Shown: positions 45,413 to 54,326, counted from the first letter of the stretch. The stretch: DNA of 59,162 nt from an uncultured Candidatus Saccharibacteria bacterium (GCA_964410165.1 CAYPFT010000003.1:1-59162), one strand, 5' to 3'. Numbers and translations: made by a program. Notes: a model not told the origin generated them from the letters alone.

Positions 45413-47057
45413 GCCACACACCGACAAAACCAAAAGCAATAATTTACCTGCGAGTATCCTCGAAGGAGCAGCTCAAGGGTAAAAGTATGGAAACCCAAAA
45501 AGCCGACTGTAAAAAATACTGTGCAGAGCAAGGGTTTGAGGTTGTAGAGATTTTCATAGAGGAAGGAGAATCTGCAAAGAACGATGACAGAACCCAACTG
45601 CAACGCTTGCTGGCATACTGCCGAGAACACAAAAAACAAATCAGTTATCTTGTTATTTGGAAGGTTGACAGGTTAGCAAGAAACATCGGCGATTTCTACG
45701 AAATACAAAAAACCTTAATGGCGCACGGAGTAGTTATTCATTCCGCTACTGAAACAGGCATCAATGGAGAAGGTATTACCGCCGAAGTAATGACGGGATT
45801 TCTCGCTATATTCGCCCGCATAGACAATAAGATAAAATCCGATAGAAGCAGAACTAATTTGCGGGCGCTATTACGCTCTGGCATATACCCCTTATCCCCT
45901 CCGCTCGGTTACATTTCGAGACAAAATAAAAAGCACTCGCAAAAGAAACGGCTTCCAGACCCCATAGATGAGGAGCGATTTTTCATAATCCAGCGCGGGT
46001 TAAAAGAGTTCTCCACGGGAATACACACGGTGAAAAGTTTGACGATGAGATTTAGGGAATTGGAGCTGACTTCTCGCACTGGTAAAAAAATCTATCCTCA
46101 AATGGTGGATGTGATGCTCACAAACGTATTCTATGCTGGTTGGATTGAAGATAAGCACTGGACACCAGAAGATTTACCAGATGAGAAACTTGTTAGAGGT
46201 CTACATACCCCAGCGATTACGCTTGAGGAGTTTCAAAAAAACCAGCTCATTAAAGCTGGACGTTCAGTGAATGCGAAACCACGCTCACGAGCCAATCCAG
46301 ATTTTCCCTTACGTGATTTTGCACGATGCTACGAGTGTAAAGGCACTCTGACGGGCAGCTGGTCTCGTGGACACGGCGGGCGATATGCCTATTATCACTG
46401 CAAAAATAGAAAGTGTGCCCGCTATGGGAAAGGAAACTCAAAAACAGACGTTGAAAAATCTTTTATTACTTTACTTGAAAAAGTAGCGCCAACGGAAGTT
46501 GCTCTTACTCTTTTCAAAGAAATTGCCCTGGATGTTTGGGAAACAAATCGCAAGGCACTCAATGCTGATGGTGAGCGCCACGAAAAGAAGATTGCGGAGA
46601 TAAAAACTCAAATCGCCGAATTGATTACAATGCGAGGTCGTGGTCTTATCACTGATGAGCAATTACTGGAAGGGAAACAGCCGTTGGAAGAGGCAAAAAT
46701 CATAGCCCAGCTTGCTCTCAATGAAACTCGTATCGAGGAATGGGACATTGAAGCTGCCATTAGCTACGCAACGCAGTTTATGCGTGATTTGCCGCGGCAA
46801 TGGTTGGATTACTCGCTTGAAAACAAGCAAAGGTTCCAACAAATGGCATTTCCAGAAGGAGTTATTTACGAAAAGGAAAAAGTTTGTCGAACCCAAAAGT
46901 TAGGGCTTATTTACGAACTTTTGCAGGGCGTTGATACCCCTAATTTTGATTTGGTGCCCGGGGCGGGAGTCGAACCCGCAAGAGCTTATGCCCACGACAT
47001 TTTAAGTGTCGCGTGTCTACCAATTTCACCACTCGGGCATTCATTATCTCAAACTTG

Positions 47058-47058
<1 letters not shown>
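45409..47058 (+). CDS. Large serine recombinase; the annotated 3' end runs antisense through tRNA-Leu(UAA)
   Basis: Resolvase-type N-terminus (AIIYLRVSSKEQ ... VDRLARN), recombinase domain, zinc ribbon CYECKG...HCKNRKC, coiled coil. The last ~36 codons are the antisense translation of the tRNA gene. Confidence 0.8.
46952..47038 (-). tRNA. tRNA-Leu (anticodon TAA), 3' CCA encoded
   Basis: GCCCGAGTGGTGAAATTGGTAGACAC..CTTAAAA..long variable arm..GGTTCGACTCCCGCCCCGGGCACCA, 87 nt. Confidence 0.9.
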
Positions 47059-47129
<71 letters not shown>

Positions 47130-47145
47130 GCGGTGTAATCTTATG

Positions 47146-47469
47146 CTACGTTTCCCGCAAAAGCTCGTCAATGCGCTGGCGGAATTTTTCGCCTTTATCA
47201 ATTTCAAAATCAACGCGGGGAATGGTTTTTATGCGCGCGTTTTTCTTTATATGCTCCCGCAATTCGGTGCGTTTTCTTTTAGTAAAAGCAAGCGCCGTTT
47301 CTGATTGGTCTTCCGGGAAAATGCTTAAAAGAATGACGGCGCTTCGTTCGCGGTCTTGCATCTTTACATCGGTAACGGTGATAAGCGAAGTGCGGTTGGA
47401 TTCGCGGGAAAGAAACTCGGAGGCGAGCCGCTTGACGATATTTCCGACTTTTTCCTCTCTGTCCGCCAT
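47146..47469 (-). CDS. rbfA: Ribosome-binding factor A
   Basis: 107 aa (VGNIVKRLASEFLSRE...LITVTDVKMQDRERSAVILLSIF), directly downstream of infB. Confidence 0.85.
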   Translation of the reverse strand: MADREEKVGNIVKRLASEFLSRESNRTSLITVTDVKMQDRERSAVILLSIFPEDQSETALAFTKRKRTELREHIKKNARIKTIPRVDFEIDKGEKFRQRIDELLRET

Positions 47470-47480
47470 GGTATTTTCGA

Positions 47481-48998
47481 TTATTTCTTTATTAAGACAA
47501 ACGCTTCCAAAACATCGCCGGGGGCTATCTCTTGCTTTGTTTCCACTTTCGCGCCAAACTCGAGGCCTTCATTCACTTGTTTTGATTTTATTTTTTGCTG
47601 TTGGAGTTCGATGATTTTCCCGCGGCCGATTTCAAAATCACGCCGAAGTATTTTTACAGTATCGCCGAGAGAGAGCAGGCCTTCCTCTACCCGGCCTCCG
47701 ACGATATAAGAGCCTTTGGAACCGCCGAATATACGTATAATTTTCGCGAGGCCTTCTTTCTCTTCGACTTCAATTCGCGGGCGTCTCTTCTCCAGTTCTT
47801 CCGCGAGCCATTCCGCGAGCTTGTAAATGATATCAAAAAGCGCTATGACAACGCCGAAGCGTTCGGCAGACGCTTTCGCTTGCGCATCGGGTTTTACGCT
47901 GAAACCAAGCACGATCGCGTCCCCGCCGGCTGAAGCGCTCCGAATATCATTCTCGGTAATCATGCCGGCCCCCGCGGCGAGAATTTTTAGCGCCACTCCT
48001 TCCACTTTGATTTTTTCAATCTCATGAAGAATCGCATCAACGGCGCCGAGCGCGTCGGCTTTAATAACGATCGGGACAGTGACGCGGCCTGCCTTTTCTT
48101 CTTGCGCGGCATTGCCGGAAAAAGCGCCTGCGGCAAAAGCGTCGGTGCGGACCGCCTTTTCGGCTTCTTTCTTCGTTTTGTGCGACGCAAATTCGTCTCC
48201 CGCTTTCGGCGGCTCGCCAAAACCGCCTATGCGTACCGGCATGGAAAATTGCGCTTCGTTTATCGGCGCTCCAATGAAGTTTTCAAGAGCCCGTATCGGA
48301 GCGACGGTTTTTCCGGACGTAATGAACATTCCTTTTTTTAAGGAGCCGTCTTTTATGAGCAGAGTCGCACTCACGCCTTTTTTCGGATCCACGCTTGATT
48401 CAAGCACTATTCCTTCCGCATTTTTTGAAGGGTCGCCGGAAAACTCCTCCATGTCCGCGATGAGAAGCACCATGTCAAGAAGCTCCGACACGCCGGTGCC
48501 TGTTTTTGCGGAAACAGCCACGCACGGAACGGCACCGCCGTGTCCTTCCAAATATATTTCGTGTTCCGTGAGAGTTTGCTTTGTCTTCTCGATGTTTGCA
48601 TTCGGACGATCAATCTTGTTGATCGCGACGACAAAAGGAATGGAACTTTCTTTGATTGCTTTGTACGCTTCCATGGTTTGCGCTTTGACGCCGTCTTCCG
48701 CGGAAACGATCAGTATGGCGATGTCGGCCGCAAAGGCCGAATGGTAGCGCATTTTTACGAAGGCTTCATGCCCCGGCGTATCAAGGAAAGTGATTTTTCT
48801 TTCCCGTCCCTCCCCGTCCGTATGCACCGCTTCATAGGCGCTCAACCGCTGGGTTATACCGCCGACTTCTTCCGCGACAACGGCGGATTTCCGAATGTAA
48901 TCCAAAAGAGTGGATTTGCCATGATCAATATGCCCCATAATTGTAACGACGGGGGGGCGTGGAAAAGACTTCTTTTCTTGAGAATTTTTTATCGGCAT
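47481..48998 (-). CDS. infB: Translation initiation factor IF-2 (short form)
   Basis: G domain VVTIMGHIDHGKSTLLD, DTPGHEAF, NKID. C-terminal IF-2 domains. Lacks the long N-terminal extension. Confidence 0.9.
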   Translation of the reverse strand: MPIKNSQEKKSFPRPPVVTIMGHIDHGKSTLLDYIRKSAVVAEEVGGITQRLSAYEAVHTDGEGRERKITFLDTPGHEAFVKMRYHSAFAADIAILIVSAEDGVKAQTMEAYKAIKESSIPFVVAINKIDRPNANIEKTKQTLTEHEIYLEGHGGAVPCVAVSAKTGTGVSELLDMVLLIADMEEFSGDPSKNAEGIVLESSVDPKKGVSATLLIKDGSLKKGMFITSGKTVAPIRALENFIGAPINEAQFSMPVRIGGFGEPPKAGDEFASHKTKKEAEKAVRTDAFAAGAFSGNAAQEEKAGRVTVPIVIKADALGAVDAILHEIEKIKVEGVALKILAAGAGMITENDIRSASAGGDAIVLGFSVKPDAQAKASAERFGVVIALFDIIYKLAEWLAEELEKRRPRIEVEEKEGLAKIIRIFGGSKGSYIVGGRVEEGLLSLGDTVKILRRDFEIGRGKIIELQQQKIKSKQVNEGLEFGAKVETKQEIAPGDVLEAFVLIKK

Positions 48999-49027
48999 GG
49001 CAAGAATGAAACATCGACTTTTCGATT

Positions 49028-49480
49028 TTACTTTTTTATTTTTTCGAGTACCTCTTTCTCTTCATCAGAGAGATTGAATTCCGAATTGAAAGTCTTGATG
49101 GGTTTCGCGTAGACGCTGACGCTGTCCCGGGCATAGATGCCGGAAACGATGACGCCGTTTCCCTCTTCATCCGTAAATGCGGTAACAAAGCTCTGATTCC
49201 CTCCGGAACCGGTTCCCCGAAACGGGTTGAAGCGGACGGTTTCAATGCGGCTTATGCTTCGTCGCAGACGTTCACGAAGATCGGCATATCGCATATCTCC
49301 ATGTTTTCGCGCAAGACGCAATTCGTCAACGCCGCTCTTTATGGAAAGGATGCTCTCTTCCAAACTTTTTCCGTTTTTTCCGGAAAGAAGGCGGCGTATC
49401 CGTACTTCCAAACGAATAACCCAGATGGCCAAAATAGCCGTAACGCCCGCAAGAATAGAGAGAAAACTGATTGTATCCAT
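49028..49480 (-). CDS. DUF4446 family protein
   Basis: Start at MDTISFLSILAG (TM helix). RFNPFRGTGSGGNQSFVTAFTDEEGNGVIVSGIYARD is typical of DUF4446. Confidence 0.65.
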   Translation of the reverse strand: MDTISFLSILAGVTAILAIWVIRLEVRIRRLLSGKNGKSLEESILSIKSGVDELRLARKHGDMRYADLRERLRRSISRIETVRFNPFRGTGSGGNQSFVTAFTDEEGNGVIVSGIYARDSVSVYAKPIKTFNSEFNLSDEEKEVLEKIKK

Positions 49481-49588
49481 AATTTTTACATTGTATAACA
49501 AAAAACCGTTTTCTGCAAAAAAAATGCCGATGGGATTCACAACCTTTTTTGGAAAAAGCCCGGCATTGCAGAATGTCGGGCATCAATC

Positions 49589-49960
49589 TTACTTAAAATC
49601 CATACGAAACTCTTTTCCAAATTTGAAGAAACCGAGACGAATATACCATGCATGAACCTCCGGCCGCTCGTCCCGGCTTGTAGCAAGGAGTTTGTAACAT
49701 CCCGCTTCTTTGGCATTCTGTATAACTTGTTCCACAATTCTTGTGCCAAATCCTCGTTTTTGAAACCCCGTATCGGTTTCTACGCCGCTCAAAAGACCAA
49801 AAGGTTTTGAGTGTTCATCGTCCCGGCATATAAAAAGATACGCCCTTGCAACCGTTTTGCCTTCCACATCAAAGCTGAATTTTTTCCCTTCGCACCATGC
49901 ATCGGAAATGCGAGCCGGAGCCGTGTGTTCGCTGTCTTCTTTGGTATGTATTGTCGCCAT
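49589..49960 (-). CDS. GNAT family N-acetyltransferase
   Basis: 123 aa with the acetyl-CoA binding motif FQKRGFGTRIVEQVIQ. Confidence 0.75.
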   Translation of the reverse strand: MATIHTKEDSEHTAPARISDAWCEGKKFSFDVEGKTVARAYLFICRDDEHSKPFGLLSGVETDTGFQKRGFGTRIVEQVIQNAKEAGCYKLLATSRDERPEVHAWYIRLGFFKFGKEFRMDFK

Positions 49961-50044
49961 GCTGTTCTCCTTCGTATGTACCCTGCAAATACTGCTACAT
50001 TACACACTAACGAAAAGCGCTTCTCATGTCAATGTGCCGGAATG

Positions 50045-50153
50045 TAAGTCCTCACGCCATAAAAATAAGTTTTCAAAACTTGCTATCGAATCCCGCCTAA
50101 ACATTTCGGAGCAGGGTACAACCCTGCTCCGGCGACAGGGCGTGAGGAGTTAC
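50045..50153. mobile_element. 109-bp MITE-like element with ~14-bp TIRs and a 9-bp target-site duplication
   Basis: taagtcctcacgcc ... ggcgtgaggagtta(c), with one mismatch. Flanked by direct GCCGGAATG at 50036-50044 and 50154-50162. Internal hairpin ggagcagggt-aca-accctgctcc. Confidence 0.55.
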
Positions 50154-50174
50154 GCCGGAATGAACATGTACCCA

Positions 50175-51068
50175 TCATTCGCGCCCGTAATAGGCGAGGA
50201 TCGCCTGTATGCCGGAAAGATTCTCTTTCCATTCAACAGACTCGTGCGTGGTTAATTCTACCGTGATGGCCGGAATGCCGATGGAGGCAAGCCATCCTTC
50301 GGAGTCGCCGGTAATCTCATAGGCATCAAATGTTTTCACCGCTCCATATCCGGATGCTTTTGCGTAAGCATTCATAATGTCAAGCGTTTCCGGTAAAATG
50401 CCGTTTCGGCATTCCGATGCGTATACGAAGCCCGACTTGCTGTGCCAAAACACCGCCGCCGCCGGCTTATTTTTTAGAATAAAATTCCTGAGAGCGACCG
50501 CTTCCGGTTCGGAGAACGGCGCGGTTCCGGCACTTACCGGATTTCCTTTCCATGTACTCTCCGGTTTCCATTTGCAATCAAAATTTCTATTCAAATCAAC
50601 CGTATGCGCATTAAATCGCCCGGGGATTGCGGCATCCGCGGCTTGCGGAACATCGGCGAGCAAGAAACGCCCTTCTTTGCCGACAACTTTGTACACTCCA
50701 TCGGGATTAAGAGAGGGGATCACCGTAACGGTTACATTCTTTGGCAGAGCGTCCTGATTCGCGTTCAAGTAATCTAAAAATTGATAGGCGAGCAATACGC
50801 TGTTCCATTCATATCCGCCATGCATCCCGCCGGCAAAAACAAGATGCGTTTTGCCGTTGCCATACGCATATGCTTCAATCTTGCGCCCCTCGACGGATAC
50901 GCCGATGATGTCATATTTCGGGCCGGTATTCGTTGTTGCCGAGAGCTCGACAAGTACCTGCTCAGGAGCTTTTCCAATGGAGAAAAAGAAAAACGCAAAC
51001 ACGCCGGCGAGAAGAAGCGCGAGGAAAATAAGAATGAACAACGTGAGCTTCGAAGAAAGGGGTGGCAT
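50175..51068 (-). CDS. M14-family zinc carboxypeptidase-like protein (copy 2)
   Basis: Signal/TM N-terminus. GGMHGGYEWNS and DLNRNFDCKW motifs. Paralogous to the upstream gene. Confidence 0.7.
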   Translation of the reverse strand: MPPLSSKLTLFILIFLALLLAGVFAFFFFSIGKAPEQVLVELSATTNTGPKYDIIGVSVEGRKIEAYAYGNGKTHLVFAGGMHGGYEWNSVLLAYQFLDYLNANQDALPKNVTVTVIPSLNPDGVYKVVGKEGRFLLADVPQAADAAIPGRFNAHTVDLNRNFDCKWKPESTWKGNPVSAGTAPFSEPEAVALRNFILKNKPAAAVFWHSKSGFVYASECRNGILPETLDIMNAYAKASGYGAVKTFDAYEITGDSEGWLASIGIPAITVELTTHESVEWKENLSGIQAILAYYGRE

Positions 51069-52012
51069 TATTCCGCGTAATGTTTTAACAGAGCATCAAT
51101 CCCCGCTTGGTTTTTGCTCCATTCCGTATCGGTGTGATTCGTGAGGAGAACGCTCACGGCGGGAATTTTTTTCTTGGCGAACCAATTGACCATATCGCCG
51201 GTTATTTTATAGAAATCAAAACTTTTATATGCCGGGTATCCGGAAGCGGCGGCGTACGCTTTCACAATCTCGGCCGTTTCCGGAAGCACGCCGTCATGGC
51301 AGTTCGATGCAAAGACGCCGCCGGCGGAACTGTACCAGACTACCGCCGCGGATAAACTGCGCGTCTCCGCATAATTTTTTATCGCGAGCGATTCCGGCTC
51401 GGAAAACGCCGCGCCCCCGCCACTCACTTTCGCGGTTTTCCACACGCCGGATTCCTGCCAGTCGCAGTCAAAATTTCGGTTCAGGTCAACGCTGTTTGCG
51501 TTGAACCGCCCGGGTACGGTCGCCGCTTCCCCTGCCGGCACATCCGATGCGGAGAAACGCCCTTCTTTGCCGGTAACTTTATAGATCCCATCGGGATTGA
51601 GCGCCGGGATGACCGTTGCTTTTATGCCTGCCGGGAGAGCGCTTTCGTTTTTTTCAAAATAATCCATCGCCTCATAAGCAACCAATGCGGTGTTCCATTC
51701 GTATCCGCCGTGAATGCCGCCGATAAATAAAATTTCTCTCTCCCCTTTCCCGTAGTGATACGCGACAATATCTCTCCCCTCGACAGATTTCCCGATAACC
51801 GTTTTTGTTTCATCCGCTATCGGTTCGACAGCCGACGGCGGTTCGGTTTGCGGTGTGCTCGTTTGCCGGTTTAATCTTTTCCCGCCGGTATCCGGCATTG
51901 CCACATTTTGATCTTCGACCATTTCCAACGTATCGAATGAACTTCCCTTCCAAAAATACGCGCCAAGACCCAAAAGAACAACGACTATAAGTATGATGAT
52001 GGTGTTTTTCAT
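51068..52012 (-). CDS. M14-family zinc carboxypeptidase-like protein (copy 1)
   Basis: Signal/TM N-terminus. GGIHGGYEWNT and DLNRNFDCDW motifs. Its stop overlaps the start of copy 2. Confidence 0.7.
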   Translation of the reverse strand: MKNTIIILIVVVLLGLGAYFWKGSSFDTLEMVEDQNVAMPDTGGKRLNRQTSTPQTEPPSAVEPIADETKTVIGKSVEGRDIVAYHYGKGEREILFIGGIHGGYEWNTALVAYEAMDYFEKNESALPAGIKATVIPALNPDGIYKVTGKEGRFSASDVPAGEAATVPGRFNANSVDLNRNFDCDWQESGVWKTAKVSGGGAAFSEPESLAIKNYAETRSLSAAVVWYSSAGGVFASNCHDGVLPETAEIVKAYAAASGYPAYKSFDFYKITGDMVNWFAKKKIPAVSVLLTNHTDTEWSKNQAGIDALLKHYAE

Positions 52013-52066
52013 ATGCTTTTAGTATACCATGCGTTTGAAAAAATATCTCCTGAGATCCTGTTCAGA

Positions 52067-52197
52067 TAGGACTTACGCAAACGGATGAGATTCGCGTTTT
52101 TCCGCCCGGATGATCGCGGAGAAGCTGTACGAACCAGTACTGCTTCCCGAGTCGTCCGGGAGAAAAATGCGAAGATCGCCGTTTTGCGTAGGTCCTA
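52067..52197. mobile_element. 131-bp MITE-like element related to the AGGACTTACGCA family
   Basis: taggacttacgcaaacgg (52067-84) pairs with ccgttttgcgtaggtccta (52179-97), an imperfect TIR. Lies between convergently or tandemly arranged genes. Confidence 0.45.
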
Positions 52198-52198
52198 T

Positions 52199-52723
52199 TT
52201 ATGTCGCTTCGAATTCCGCTTTAATAATGCCGCCGTCCGAGGACTCATTCATTGCGGGAAGATCGTTTCCGGGAAGGAAAAATCCGTCGCCGTTATCAAA
52301 ATGAATCGTAGCGGTATGTTTTTCTCCTTTGAGGAGAGGTTCCCGAAGGGTAATCTCGATATTTTCCGACTCCCCTGCCGGAAGAAGCGCGCTTGAACCG
52401 ATGATCTTCCCGAGCATTTCGCCATCCATTCGATGCACGATGACAAACCCTTTTCGAGCGAGAGAAACAGACGCCACCATAACCGCACTTCCGGCTTTCT
52501 GATCTTTTACGGCAAGAGCGCTCCGCCCTCCGCCGCCGGAAACCGCAGGAACAACGTGGGAATCAATATCACCCGCGGTTGCGACCGCCGCTTGCTCCTT
52601 TTCCGCGCTTTGCAAAAATTGCGGCAATTGTATGCCGCGCCGCAAGAGCACCGACGAAGAAAGAAGGATGATGAGGGCGACGGCGCTTACGCGCACATTC
52701 TTGTTCATAAATTCTTTATTCAT
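52199..52723 (-). CDS. Secreted hypothetical protein
   Basis: 174 aa with a signal-peptide-like N-terminus (VRVSAVALIILLSSSVLL). No family recognised. Confidence 0.55.
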   Translation of the reverse strand: MNKEFMNKNVRVSAVALIILLSSSVLLRRGIQLPQFLQSAEKEQAAVATAGDIDSHVVPAVSGGGGRSALAVKDQKAGSAVMVASVSLARKGFVIVHRMDGEMLGKIIGSSALLPAGESENIEITLREPLLKGEKHTATIHFDNGDGFFLPGNDLPAMNESSDGGIIKAEFEAT

Positions 52724-52746
52724 TTTTTTGTCAGCAGATTATTAGT

Positions 52747-52882
52747 TGCGGGACTAGGAACTCGCCCCATTGCGGGGCGGGGATTTTTTGCCTCGCTTTG
52801 CTCAGCATAAAAAATCCCTTCGAGCCCTAGGCGGAAGTGAAGCAGTTCACTTCCTTCCCGCAGGAAAAAACTTCGTTTTTTA
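52747..52882. repeat. tRNA-Gln trailer unit: a direct copy and a hairpin-split inverted copy of the tRNA-Gln 3' end
   Basis: tgcgggactagg (52747-58) equals 52884-95. Hairpins cgcccc-attgc-ggggcg and gggatttttt..CTCGCTTTGCTC..aaaaaatccc. Then TTCGAGCCCTAG-gc-[ggaagtgaaGCAGttcacttcc]-t-TCCCGCAG (52819-63). Confidence 0.75.
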
Positions 52883-52953
52883 CTGCGGGACTAGGGCTCG
52901 AACCTAGATACTCAGGACCAAAACCTGATGTCCTACCATTAGACGATCCCGCA
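52883..52953 (-). tRNA. tRNA-Gln (anticodon TTG)
   Basis: TGCGGGA/TCCCGCA acceptor (U1:A72, as in bacterial tRNA-Gln), anticodon loop TTTTGGT, T-loop TTCGAGC, 71 nt. No encoded CCA. Confidence 0.9.
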
Positions 52954-53122
52954 ATGAATTTTTTACAAAGTTCTCGTCTTCACAATGAGGCGTCCGTTTT
53001 TGCGACTTCACTCGAACCTACTTTATCAAAAATTCCTGAATGACGAAAGCCCCGCCACCGCCTCGCTCCGCTCGGCAACCCCAAAGAAGTTCTGGGCAGT
53101 GTGGCGGGGCTTTAATGCGGAC

Positions 53123-53159
53123 TCGTCTGTATCCCCGCCCGCAGGGTCTGGGGAGGAAT
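53123..53159. repeat. Left 37-bp inverted repeat of the cassette
   Basis: ctcgtctgtatccccgcccgcagggtctggggaggaat is the exact reverse complement of 56129-56165. An imperfect extension (tgcggactcgtct) mimics the tRNA-Gln 5' end. Confidence 0.8.
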
Positions 53160-53176
53160 GCGGGCGGGGGGTTGCT

Positions 53177-54229
53177 TCAATTTTTCGATTCTGCGAATTT
53201 CAAAATGTATGGATAAACTTCCGCGATTTCACCCATCGTTGATTTGTAGAGGTGTTGAGATTCTACATCGTTGCTCCCAAGATTGAGGTACTTGTATCCA
53301 AGAAGTTTGGCGCGCGCCGCCAAACTGAAAAATTGATATTGGATAAGTCCCTCGTACTCAACATCGCAAAAACTGGCATTTACCGCCAAGCAATTTTGAT
53401 TGATCGGGTATGCCGACGTAAACGCAACAGGTCGGTTATTAAAAAATGTTATATACGCAATTATATTTTCATTATCAACTTTATCAGCGTACTCGTCAAT
53501 GAAATGTGGGTAGTAGACACCACCCATCCACTTTTTAATCTCTTTTACATCGGCACCCTTTTCAAACTGCTTGGCGGTTCTTTCTGCTATATCTGAACTC
53601 CACCGGTCTACCAGTTCACGAAATGACTCTTGTAAATTTTTTGTAAGACTTCTCTCTTGCGCCTCGTATTCTCCAAAAAATATTTTCCTCTTGATTTTTC
53701 GTATGTGATTTCTAAAGCTATCCATCTTCACACTCGGAACAAAACCAAATGTGGCCTTGATTATGTCGTCAACGCTACAAACGATTTCAGGATATTTGTC
53801 ATCATCAAGTTTCTTAAAATCCGTATTGCCGCTAGAAGGCACTTCCTGAAAACAATTTTTGAGCAAATAATCTTTGTTTTCATCACTGTATATTTTCTTC
53901 GCAAAAATCTCTTGTCCCAAAACTCCTGAAAGCTCTTTTGCTAAAAACGGAACACTTTGAATTGCATTAACGCCAAGCGGTAGAAAAATATAATTCGGTA
54001 CGGTTTTGCCCCAATTCGGAGCGATAGTAATAAGGTGTTCTTTTTTCTTATCGAAATACTTAATGCCTCGTCCGTTTGATATTTGCTTGATGAAAACCCA
54101 ACTGCGTGAATAGTGATAGGGATATTTCTTCCCTTCGGATTTCAAAAACTCCTCATACAATGTCTTGTCAGAGTCAGTGATTTTTGAGCAGTTTGGTATT
54201 GAGGAAATTATTTTTTCTATAGTATCCAT
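53177..54229 (-). CDS. Putative aminoacyl-tRNA-dependent transferase (DUF2156/LPG-synthase-C or FemXAB-like GNAT fold; tentative)
   Basis: 350 aa. The pattern resembles DUF2156: YSRSWVFIKQ..., MDSFRNHIRKIKRK..., ELVDRWSSD..., and a C-terminal YLNLGSNDVESQHLYKSTMG (compare the NLG/DLGG motif). Assignment is from memory of family motifs, not a search. Confidence 0.4.
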   Translation of the reverse strand: MDTIEKIISSIPNCSKITDSDKTLYEEFLKSEGKKYPYHYSRSWVFIKQISNGRGIKYFDKKKEHLITIAPNWGKTVPNYIFLPLGVNAIQSVPFLAKELSGVLGQEIFAKKIYSDENKDYLLKNCFQEVPSSGNTDFKKLDDDKYPEIVCSVDDIIKATFGFVPSVKMDSFRNHIRKIKRKIFFGEYEAQERSLTKNLQESFRELVDRWSSDIAERTAKQFEKGADVKEIKKWMGGVYYPHFIDEYADKVDNENIIAYITFFNNRPVAFTSAYPINQNCLAVNASFCDVEYEGLIQYQFFSLAARAKLLGYKYLNLGSNDVESQHLYKSTMGEIAEVYPYILKFAESKN

Positions 54230-54236
54230 ACTTTTT

Positions 54237-54309
54237 TGGTGCGGGGGGAAAGATTTGCACTTTCATCCCACGTCTGGAAGACGCATGTGCTACTTTGCAC
54301 CACCCCCGC
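54237..54309 (-). tRNA. Non-canonical tRNA-Gly (anticodon TCC), 3' CCA encoded
   Basis: GCGGGGG-TG-GTGC-AAAGTA-GCAC-A-TGCGT-CTTCCAG-ACGTG-GGAT-GAAAG-TGCAAAT-CTTTC-CCCCCGC-A-CCA. Gly identity pairs G1:C72, C2:G71, G3:C70 and C35 C36 are present. The 6-nt D-loop lacks GG, and the T-loop has G at position 55. Confidence 0.65.
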
Positions 54310-54326
54310 GTACATGTTTGATTTTA

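Larger units (their letters stand above)
32812..47057. mobile_element. ~14-kb A+T-richer genomic island between the tRNA-Lys and tRNA-Cys genes (boundaries approximate)
   Basis: There is a composition shift visible by eye. Cargo is R-M/defence genes, two HTH_17-type excisionase-like genes, a tyrosine recombinase and a large serine recombinase at the right end. tRNA genes lie on both flanks. Exact att sites were not identified. Confidence 0.55.
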
